Source of the DNA: Ylistrum balloti
Taxonomy: Eukaryota
Reading direction: 5' to 3'
Length of the DNA stretch: 64,000 bases
Assembly (NCBI RefSeq): GCF_031769215.1
Contig: NW_026782179.1
Coordinates: 2,108,001-2,172,000 of the forward strand
Made by a program: the position numbers and the translations under genes. The notes beneath the pieces were generated by a model. That model saw only the letters and a program-made list of their open reading frames with translations, ran no database searches and was not told where the DNA came from. Positions within the stretch are counted from its first letter, which is position 1; every line of letters begins with the position of its first letter. Below, piece after piece: positions 37,801-47,287 of this stretch.

Positions 37801-39341
37801 TTTTACCTCCCTCTGAGAAGAATAAGATTTCAAGCACTGCTCATGTACCATCCCAAACAAGAAGCACTTCTGAGGTATCTTGGGGCAGTGATGAACCTAA
37901 ATTTAGTCCTGCCTCTTCAAGTCCAGATGCTGCTTCTAGACAGAATGGAAATAATCGGTTTGAGGGAAGAACACTTCTCAAAGGAGGAGTAAAGCCACGT
38001 CATATACCCAAAACTTTGATTAACAAACAAGATGATGATCCACCAAAGGATCCCAGATCTGTAAAGGATCTTAAAACAAAATCGGCATTAGCAAGAAAAA
38101 TGAAGGATCTGCCTTTGCCTCCATTTTTCATTGAATTTGTTGCAACCAAGAAATATGACAAGAAAAAAAGTATTGAAACCAAAGTAAATGAAATGTCGAG
38201 ACAAAATACTGAGAGTGTAAGTGAAGTCAATTTGGCAAATCCATCCACTGGCTTTGAAACCAAAGATACTAAAATTGGGATGGGAAACATTGACGGCTTG
38301 AATCCAGGATCAAATACAAGTGTACAGTATCAGCAAACAGCAAATGAGAAGCCAATTGTAGAAACCAAAACAGATGACTGTGGTCTTGATCCTGTGGAAA
38401 TGGGAAAATCTGATTCGATATCACCCATCTTACCACGTATTACTGTCAGACTAGAGAAAGATGGGATTGTAACTGATAACAATTTGAACACGGAACAGAG
38501 TGATAATATTTGTTCTCGAGACCCTCGATTGAGAGCCACAAGCATTTCAAAGAAAAGAGAGGATAAAGCAATAGTTGATTTACCAGTGCTTAAGTATGAG
38601 GAATACACAGTTGAAAAACGTAAATCTTCAGATACTGTTTGTAAGAAGGTTGTTAAAGATTCTGAGCCAATACAATTTCAGGATTACAAAGGATGTACTG
38701 GGATGAAAGGAAACAAAGATTGCCTTCAGTCTCAACATAAAAACAGCCCACTTTCTTGTGGAGGTACTAATGGAAGGGAGACAAACATTGCCAGAAGTGC
38801 TTTTGAGAGAAATTTGCATCACTCAGATTCCAAGAATCCGAAAGAAGAGTTCTCTAGAAAGTTAACTACACAGCAACATAGGTATTCCATGACTGGCAAC
38901 TCTCCTCCAAAAAGATACAGTCGATTTTCCAGTGAGCGTTCGTTGAGTAGATCTAGAAGTAGTTCTAGGAGCAGAGATGAAGAATGGACAGGAAAGGAAG
39001 TCTCTGTTAGAAGGACAAACAGAATTGACTACTCTTGTGCAAATATTTACTTGTCACATTCCTATAAAAGGGACACTGTTGTGTACAACTGTGACAAACA
39101 ATGTGAGAGTTATGAAAACCAATTCCTAGAGAGGAATGAGCATGACAGGTGGAACAGAGAGAGACATTCTATGTCACCTGGTACTTGCAGGTATTTGAAA
39201 AGGAGAGATTTAGAGAGGAAGAGCTCTCCTCCATCTTCTGGGAATAGAAATGTATCCAGAAATAGGTACCAAGGTAGAAGGAATCGGAACTATTCTGAAG
39301 GCAGTGATTATCCAGAATTGTGCTTTTCTCCCTTGCGATAA
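34851..39341 (+). CDS. Orphan single-coding-exon protein, 1496 aa, largely disordered, probably nuclear and RNA-related
   Basis: Uninterrupted 4.5-kb ORF in AT-rich DNA. Acceptor ttttgctttctgctttcag|GA at 34830/34831, then accATG at 34851. N-terminal PPKKKLSLSERF and C-terminal RSLSRSRSSSRSRDEE. Confidence 0.85.
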   Translation: MTHPPKKKLSLSERFGTIGPLADYRNKAQKNSEMVSKLQLQITEVVRKRSEGYDRESQAKMISKEISDVQQRFDDAPVACQKFTPFKVELRVNIDKKHAEPQKGSKMNEKAYYNENLDTPFKSQPNKTSPSKGNESIASHVSVLEHHTQNDSVSNGTAAIMAVTENESKMKINLQKSLIPCTKTEKDVNIQPLPELNQDALSSETHQPCDVKVNSNNAWLQGNSTHHSPQNAAVNLISVEEQQKQNQNRTQCIRKTPQLGKDCCDVGNYTEPKNMTKEPFNKAISAKPMLSFNNGYGGMNMANPNSMRIPQSGKESCNEGNYTEPKNMAKEPFNKAIGAKPMPSFNNGYVGMNIASPNSMRRQGSNTSPNYSKGKYAKKTSPIFKHGKGSSTCPNFNKGKDSNYKSIKKYNKGEKSKTSPNFNQGKGFKAGPNFDKGKGSKTSPNLNQGKGFKAGPNFNKGKGSKTSPNFNQGKGFNSGPNFDKGKGSKTSPNFNKGKGYNSTASFNNDKSNNTSPIFNSEKRSNTSPKFDQGLFLQSRQNVRERQDCKTSLFYSWKPDSQTAPNFIKGQDFKTSPNYSHIHSIETNTNVSICSESSPNLNKGQGFQTSLNFDKKTGFQTSPNFKQNTLNSIGCNTFGLSNQLPGGTNFRQYYGANTFSSDDPCTVYDTRDKFYNYQRGNQFSKGQQQRDNFHNEPGFGGQPINQQSSFSSIPANQSIVNKARPSNQDKISQPFVHSPSKQFDITGGFGKRHASPVASNQYMAPTKKRMLTTDPLYKDVPSVQNRLPYVQDKLPNTPIQENPCGAVSHGKVYNGNGNFPYGYYPGHVANTSFQTPVMSNYGLALHGPFTPKTRNASSQNCSLTLDSTDSKCYHLNDPQDLSRTKQYLFNKMFDKSDAGDGTKITEDTGIPGMNMKPTGDVVKPTGFYKEILKESRETSQNEKEETELVSTLLTQCQAMAQKDDDKQALHTIFNIIHQEMGHQSFLPPSEKNKISSTAHVPSQTRSTSEVSWGSDEPKFSPASSSPDAASRQNGNNRFEGRTLLKGGVKPRHIPKTLINKQDDDPPKDPRSVKDLKTKSALARKMKDLPLPPFFIEFVATKKYDKKKSIETKVNEMSRQNTESVSEVNLANPSTGFETKDTKIGMGNIDGLNPGSNTSVQYQQTANEKPIVETKTDDCGLDPVEMGKSDSISPILPRITVRLEKDGIVTDNNLNTEQSDNICSRDPRLRATSISKKREDKAIVDLPVLKYEEYTVEKRKSSDTVCKKVVKDSEPIQFQDYKGCTGMKGNKDCLQSQHKNSPLSCGGTNGRETNIARSAFERNLHHSDSKNPKEEFSRKLTTQQHRYSMTGNSPPKRYSRFSSERSLSRSRSSSRSRDEEWTGKEVSVRRTNRIDYSCANIYLSHSYKRDTVVYNCDKQCESYENQFLERNEHDRWNRERHSMSPGTCRYLKRRDLERKSSPPSSGNRNVSRNRYQGRRNRNYSEGSDYPELCFSPLR
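35619..35935 (+). repeat. Coding tandem duplication of 159 bp (53 aa)
   Basis: PQLGKDCCDVGNYTEPKNMTKEPFNKAISAKPM... starts at 35619; PQSGKESCNEGNYTEPKNMAKEPFNKAIGAKPM... starts at 35778. Confidence 0.95.
35938..36725 (+). repeat. Coding 36-bp (12-aa) repeat T/A-S/G-P-N-F-N/D-K/Q-G-K-G-x-K, with a 72-bp higher-order core
   Basis: aagacaagtcca at 36099, 36171 and 36243, and aagaccagtcca at 36315; degenerate copies flank both sides. Confidence 0.95.
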
Positions 39342-40499
39342 ACCCAAGGAGAGCAGTGTAGAATTGATAGTACATGTCCGAAGCAAGACTGTCACATTCA
39401 TGTATTTTGTGTATGAGAGTGTCATAACAGACAGACTGCTGCATTTGTTTTCCTGAATGGAGAGATTATCCAGAACCTTGATAACTTTTTTTGCACTGAA
39501 CTCCTACCCTTTTTTTGTGAATACAAGCAGTTTGGTCCATCTGAGATATCTTTGCTTTTTACTGAATATTTGAGATTAAGAACATTTTTTTCTGAAAGAT
39601 TAATATTTCAATCAATGTCATATGACTTGGTACCTTTCTCATACTTGCTGTGGCATATTGAACAAATGATAAAACATTGTATGATAAATAGAGGGTAATA
39701 TAAAACAGTAATTTGGATGAAAACTTTCTGATATTGAATATTCCAACATCTTGTTAAGCATCCCATAATGATTCCAATTTCAAATATAAAGGACTACAGC
39801 CTGTTTGTTGTATAGTGTTACCATTTAATTTAGTTTTTGTATAAGGTCAGATTAAATAATTTTCACAGCTCTACTGTATCTGATCATGATCATAATTTTT
39901 ATGGTCTTCAGACAGAAAACAACAAAATATCCAAATATTATTTGATGTTTTCACGAAAAAATATCTTATCCAGTGAGAAAGCAACAATTTTGCTTTCAGT
40001 ATTTATTCATTCAAATTTGAGCTTTTGTTATTGTTATTTCTTGAAAAGTATTGGATGGACTTTTAGGAATTTCATGTGTAGATCCCCATTGGTCCTTAGT
40101 TGTGTCCAATTGATTTACAACTGATCAGGAAACTAAATGACTGACAGGTGACCATCTTTGATTTTGATTAAAAAGTATGTTAGTGCTATTACTGAGGAGC
40201 ACTGGATAGAACTTTATCAGAATTTGTATGTACCCCAGTATTTTCCCAAATTGGATATGTGGCATTTAAGAATTATTAAAAACAGGAGTGGGTGGAACTT
40301 AGTTCTATTTTGTTTTGATCTGTCTTTCCACAAACTTGTCCAGGATCTGTCTCCTTTTCTACTTGTCATTTGAACTACTTACTTGGGGTATGGGATCACC
40401 TTGGCATTGTTTCATGTATCAGGTCATAGGCCACTGACCTACATTTCAACCTTTGAAATACATCAAAAAGCCAAAGTTTGTTTGGCATATAATATCGCA

Positions 40500-41022
40500 T
40501 TCATAAGGGTACTGTAATTTTCCCAATTGTCTTGTATTGGTTTAATAGTAGCTGTATTGTACATTTCATTTCCTCTCAAAACTGTATTATATCATCAGAT
40601 GGGATATTTTCAGCATTTTCATATGTAGGTTATCATCTGTCCCTAGTTGTGCCCATTCAATTTTGAGTTTGATCAGTGAATCAAAATGGCTGATAGGCAA
40701 CCATCTTGGATTTTGACAGGTGTAGTTTGTTATAGCTATTTCTTGAGGGGCACTTGCAAGATCATTTTTCAAACTTTCTGTATAAGTTCCCCATATTCCC
40801 AGGTGCCCATTTAATTTTTTTATGCTCAAGAAAACAAAGTGATCAGTCACAGTTTTTTTATTTTGGTATTTGAAGTTTCTTATTGCTATTTCTCTGAAAA
40901 ATATTTGCTAGGTGGTTCTTAGATTACATATGTAGATAAAATATCAGTCTTCAATATAAATATATATTCAAATCACTGAACAATCCTGGTGAGCAATGCA
41001 GGCCCAATGGGGATCTTGTTCA
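40500..41022 (+). mobile_element. HINE-like element remnant (3' end); inverted relative to related units at 50560-50990
   Basis: Ends ctggtgagcaatgcaggcccaatggggatcttgtt. Internal ccctagttgtgcccatt is the reverse complement of aatgggcacaactaggg at about 50777. Confidence 0.55.
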
Positions 41023-42589
41023 CAATATATTAGTGGTGTATCATGTTTGATATCTCTGATGTTTTTCAGCTATTTTAATTTGAATATTTATTGATTATTA
41101 TATAGTGTGCATGTGTTGTCATTTTGTAATTTTATAATGATCCAAAATTACAGTGATGCTAAAAAATTCTCAAAAATCAAAAAAATGCTTCATATATTAT
41201 AGATAGTTTATAAGTTATAAAAACTTGGTAGTATTGATGAATGTACTTATGGATATATTGATGATTGTATTGTTTTTTTTTAAGAAAATTTGATTGTTGT
41301 TAACTGCTGAAGTTGCCACCTGATGTTTTTTATTTGAAATTCCTTTGTGACTTACCTGTTAGGATTTTGCAGGAGATTCTTTATCATATGTGACCAAAAA
41401 AATTCAAAACTGCAACAGTTTTCTTTTCTCATATGTATACACTTGTTCAAGAATTCTTGTGACCATTGCAGACAAGACATCCTGTATCATTCTTAGGTTA
41501 CTGTAAATCATTTTTATTTTGCATAGGATTTATTTTTACGTTGATACGCGTCAATTACGGTTTCAAGTCACTCACAATATTTGTACAAAACAAGTCTGGA
41601 CAGCATTCATTTTATTTTGGTTACTGATATGGGAGTCTCACAGAGTTCTTGTCTCTAATAGCTCATCATTTGTGAATTTAAAGTAGTTTCTAGATAGCTT
41701 CATGAAATAATTGATCATAAATATGTCTGAAGGGATCAGTCTGCAAAATAAAGAAATCGCAAAATCTAAGTGATTAACAGTAATCCAGGGTTTATTTCCA
41801 TGGTCTTTGTTGTACATTCAAAGTATAATAGGAGAGTCTAGAAACATTTCTTTATTATATTTTTGTTATCTTTGTTTATAGATATGTAAGTTCTCTGATA
41901 AACAACAGGATAGCCATGTATTTATGTATGGTACATACATCTGTATATACTGAAATACCATCTAAATGACTGTTGCAGGGAGTTAATGCCAAAGCAAACA
42001 TAGATTTGTATCGGATTCCATTACCAAGTTTTTACTTCAGACATCTGTCAAAGCTGATATATAATGTTATGTTCAGATCAAACAAGAAGATTGAAATGCA
42101 TAAAGAGTATTTTTCTGAATGTTTTGATATTTGAAATTTTCTAAGTTAAAAACCAATGTCAACCCTGCTTGTGTGCTTAATACATACAGCCATTACCAGT
42201 CATTTCACATAGTTGCTCAGATTGTTTTAGAAAGCAACATGAAAATAAATCAGAAAAAAATATTTTTCTATTTTAAGAAATGAGAAGACATTGAATTTAA
42301 ACTTGTGATGTGAGTGTGTTCTGCCAAATACTGTACAGAGAACAATATTTTAAGAGAAACTTTTTAACATTTTAATATTTTATCATGAGAAGTCTTGTAT
42401 TTTTTTTCAAACAGTTATGTATATGGTATTCAAATTGTTGAACATTGTGTTGGAATAAAACATGAATACATGGTTGATGAATATATTCTAACATTAAGGT
42501 TAGGTTTAGTAATCAGATGATATCAGAGGTAGTTAATTTCATTCCAATCACGTTAACTGTTCTAATGTCAGATATATTAATGTAGAGAA

Positions 42590-42815
42590 TATTTTTATGC
42601 TGTTGCTGCTTCGTCCGTCCATTTGTCTCTCCGTCATAATTTTGTCCTGAGCATAACAAAAACATTTTATTAAGGCATCAACATAAAACTTCCTATGTAG
42701 ATAGATCTCAACAAGAAGTGCTGTGCACAAGAACTGTCTCTCTCTTTTGCATAATTTAGGAGTTACTGCCATTCTCACACATAAATTTTGTCCCAATCAG
42801 GGAGCATAACCTTCT
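42590..42815 (+). mobile_element. Short non-autonomous element (tttttatgc ... cgtccgtcc ... ggagcata type)
   Basis: 5' T-run with atgc, a CGTC microsatellite, an internal aattttgtcc duplicate and a 3' gggagcataac. Confidence 0.4.
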
Positions 42816-43467
42816 GACAGCCCTGTCATTGCTGTTTGCTTAAAAATTGGTGTATTTATATAAACTATGGATATACTCCCCCTAGTCATCTGTTCAAGGT
42901 TTTTCTTTTCTAACTGTCTGAAACAAGTTCACAAGATTGTGGTATTACTCTCCTGTGGTTAATGCTGAGAGTATAAATTCATACTTATAAAATATTTGAA
43001 GAGATATGATTCTTAAAGGTATCGTATTTATTTGAAGATGTGTAATTCAAAGGGCTAAGTACGTTCATGAGGTTTCATTTGTCATGCGATAGTCTGAAAC
43101 ATTGAATACAATTTGGCTGGACCTGACAACATTTTGTGTAAGTATTGAGGAATCAGTTTTGTTGTTATTGATATATTCACTATGTAGTGATACAAAAAAT
43201 CATGGTAATGGTTGCTGGTTTATATTTTGAACACAAGTTAGTGCCTAGTTAAACATCATGAGAGAGTGGTATGAATATACAAGTTTTTGTGGCTTTTGAT
43301 AGTTTTGAAGAGATGACAGATACAATTGTTTATGTAAAGTATTGTAAGCAAGTTCAAAATGTGATTGTTCATTTCTTGAAATTCTTTAGTACAAATGACT
43401 ACTTTTAATTCTACTAATGTTGATTAAACATTTGTTAACATCAGATTGGCTTTTGGAAATCTTTTAA

Positions 43468-43565
43468 TGGTTCAAGCTACTTGACATAATTGGGACATAC
43501 ATTTCCTTTGTTTCATTGGTTCAAGCTACTTGACATAATTGGGACATACATTTCCTTTGTTTCAT
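43468..43565. repeat. Perfect 49-bp tandem duplication
   Basis: tggttcaagctacttgacataattgggacatacatttcctttgtttcat at 43468 and 43517. Confidence 0.95.
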
Positions 43566-44764
43566 ACTATAATTCATAAAATATTGATTTGATAAAACTG
43601 ATTGATACCATTAAGATATACTCTCATTTGAAAAAGTTGTACTTTGCATTCTCAGACATTATCTAGTTTAAAAGATGGAACTGTCTGAGACAGTCTATGT
43701 GTTGTGTAGCAAAGGAGGTCATCGTAACCTACATTTTGACCTTTGACCTACCTTGAAGAAAATGTCTGTCAAGGTCCCATCTCTGACACTTCTTGTCTCT
43801 GGAAATTCATACTTAGGGTATGGGTTCACTTCAGTGAGGCAGAGTGTCTGTGGGAGGTGATGGTTTGATTAATTTTGGTGCACATGATGTACATGGTCTA
43901 TTTTTAACCCGCTATTATTCAATGTGCAAATCGCTTAAGTCTTTCAGTATTTCCTTAACAGCTCTTGTTATTGCCATTTCTGGAGAAGTACTGGATTGAT
44001 TTTTAGACATCAAAGATATGCCTTATAAGATACACCTTGAACTATGAAACATACTTTGACACAAATATTCTTTTATTCCCTCACTAAAATTACCCAAATA
44101 CAATAATATCCCCACTTCATTGAGTGCTTAACAACAGGTTGTTAATTATTTCCTTCAGTTCATGGAAATATTGGTACAATATGATATCAGTATCGTGAAT
44201 TGGATGGATTAAAATCTTATATCATGACTTAAAACTCTTAAATATTACCTTACATTGGCAAACTTGTATTTATTTCCTGTCTGACAAATCAACACCATCC
44301 TCCAGATGAGCTATAAACTAACTGAATCAGATGTCCAGTTAAGCCTGTACTCTTTATGATGGTTGTTTTGATGCACTGTAAAATCTTATGAACATTTTAT
44401 GACTACCCTTAGAAATAACCAGAATAAATAGACCTTTTAATGAAGTACAAGTAGGAGAGAGTTTATTTTTCATATAATTCATGTGAACTTTGATAAAAAG
44501 GTCAAGTTATGATTGAATTAAGGGTCAATGGCCCCCATGTATTCAGTTTTGTGGAATCAAGTCTACATTCTTTTGTCACTCCATATGAATTATCTTGACA
44601 ATATGGAACTCAAATCAAGATGAAACCATTAACAAATTTCACCACTTGACATGACAGACCAAAATCCAATACAGCTGTACCTATTCTATCCAAAACAACA
44701 ACTTCTGCAGTCTATGTTTAAGATCATTGGATTTAAAGCTTTTTTTTTCAGCCAAAATATCTCA

Positions 44765-45270
44765 TTTTTAGCTCACCTGGCCCAAAGGGCCAAATGAGCT
44801 TATGCCATAGCGCGTCGTCCGTCTGTTTGTCCGTCGTCCATCAACTTTTCATTTAAACAACTTCTTCAGAAATACCGAAAGGCATAGAGTTATCATATTT
44901 GGCTGGAAAGTTCCTTCGATGAAGCCAAACAAAGTTTGCAAAAAGAAATGACCTGGACCCATATTCAAGGTCACAGAGGTCAAATGTGTAAGAACCTTTA
45001 AACGACTTCTTCCAAAATACCAGAAGGCCTAGAATCATTATATTTGGCTAGAAGGTTCCTTTGATGAAGCCCAACAAAGTTTGCAAAATAAATTACCTTT
45101 ACTCATATTCAAGGTCACAGAGGTCAAATGTGTTAAAACCTTTAAATGACTTCTTCCAAAATACTGGAAGGCCTAGAATCATTATATTTGGCCAGTATGT
45201 TCCTTTTATGAAGTCCAAGAAAGTAAAAGAAATGACCTTGACCCATTGTCAAGGTCACAGGGGTCAACTG
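44765..45270 (+). mobile_element. HINE/Helentron-like element carrying three ~144-bp tandem units
   Basis: 5' ttttagctcacctggcccaaagggccaaatgagc (hairpin), a GTCC microsatellite, then units aaac(a/g)acttcttc...caaggtcacagaggtcaa starting at about 44857, 45001 and 45144. Confidence 0.7.
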
Positions 45271-47287
45271 AAGAAATTTATATAGATAAATCTCAGCAAA
45301 CAAAGAACAATACAAAGGAAGCCTGGTTTCTCTACTTATAATATCATTTATTTCATATGAAATGTTTATGAAATAGATTTGCTGTAAGTAAGTCAACAAT
45401 ACAAAACATGTTAAAATTCGTTGGTCTCTGTCAACAACCAATGAATACAAGATTCTGAAAAATATACAAAAAAATAAGAGACTCTGGAATGAATTCAGAA
45501 GTAAGTTCAGTAAAGCATAACAATGATACAAGTTCATTTTGTCCAGAAATGTACATCAAATGGTTTGTAATTACCACTGTTACTGTGGATTATATACAAA
45601 TTCTCTCACCAAGATATACATGTCCAAAATTAATTTTGTTGATTCATCAGCAAGGACCAATTTTTAAACATCTGCTGTACAGATCCTTTTGAATCAGTAT
45701 TGTGTATGTAAGTAAACTAGACAATCTGTCAACCAATCACATGCTTACCTCATTCCTTGGTGTACATGTAATATGTATTAATAGAATACAAAAGTTTGAA
45801 TGCAACTGATTGAAGATCACTATTAAAACTGACTTTTTGGTCAAACTTCAAATACTGACATTTTTATTGTATAGTTTAACATCATTATTAACAAGGCAAT
45901 TAAACAATACTAGAACAATGTTCATCCAATCAACATCAGGACGGTTCAATCAGCATACTTTGTATTGATAACATGTAATATTGATAAAGGAAGATACATT
46001 TTCCATTTCCCCCAACCCTAGTAGTACCTAACAATTTAGTTAATTTATTCCTTTCAGGGTTTTTCCCCCAAAAGATGTTTTGATGTTGAGCTACAACTAC
46101 CCATGCCATGTAAGAATAGTTACAGTGTATACTATTTTGTTTATGTCTACAAAGGAGAGCTACAATAACAGGCACATTATACGTATGTCTGGGGGACATA
46201 TCTATACATACTGGTACTCATCCAAAATCAGTACAGCATCAAAAATAAAGGTCATTATCATTCATTCAATACATTTATAGAACAATGTAATGTCAGGAAA
46301 TGATTACAACATGATTCAATTAAAAAGAGAGACACTAAAATATCAAAATATTACATCAACTATTCTCCAAACCAAAGATGTTGGTCTTCATCAGAGCCTG
46401 GAAGTATTAAAAAAGTCTTATTTTATCCTTTCAAACAAAAAGTTTGTCTTTTATCTGTAACTTAAAACAACTTTTACTAAGTTTCACCGACTAAATTTGA
46501 AATGGGCAAAAAAAAAATTAATGCAACTAATGCAAGGTGACAAAAACCAAAACAATAACGAGCATGCCACCTAGGGACTCCCACAAGATATTGGCACTGC
46601 TACCATTTACCTCCTATATGGATTTTTTAAGGATGTTACCCTTTTGTATTATGGAAAAGAAATCAAAAGTACATGGTATAAAATCACGTTTTAACAGATT
46701 TAATACAAAATCAATAACGCCCAAAAGTTTAAGGTTAGTACTTCCACAGACATTTTGATATGCAACATGCGTCAGAAGGTAAAAGAAGAGTAATTATTTT
46801 GTAGGCATGAGGAAAAAATCCTGACAAACAAAAGAACTTTTGTAAAACTTCTACAATCAAAGGGCGAGGAAAAAAAAAGCGTGGGATGTCGAATAAGATA
46901 CTGTAACTTGTTAATAACCAGCCATATACTTAATTCTAGCTAAGTATCTTGAGCCATGACAAAACGATATTAAGTAAAACCTCAGGAAGATTTGACAGAC
47001 AGTACATCTACAGCCTGCCTGGTCCTTCAAATTTTAACGGACGGAATGCTAAATTAATTAAGACTTGTACTAACTAAAGTGAATGCATATCTGATAGGAG
47101 GTCTACAAGCATTTTTAGCAAGTGATTAGCCATCCACTTGGTATGTCTGATCTAGAAAATAAACTGTGAGTACGAAATAAAATCTAACAATGTCAAGTTT
47201 ATCTACAAAATAAATACATGTATCTACACAGAATTCTGGCTTCAATAACACTGAAGTACAAAACAAATTGATTCCAAAAACCTGCTA

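Noticed and set aside
19686-38822. Many short antisense and alternate-frame ORFs inside the two giant exons
   Set aside because: Shadow ORFs expected from long coding sequence; no independent motifs.
19561-39341. ORF 19561-24051 and ORF 34851-39341 are both exactly 4491 nt
   Set aside because: Coincidence: the first is measured from an internal Met of a 4533-nt exon, and no nucleotide identity is visible.
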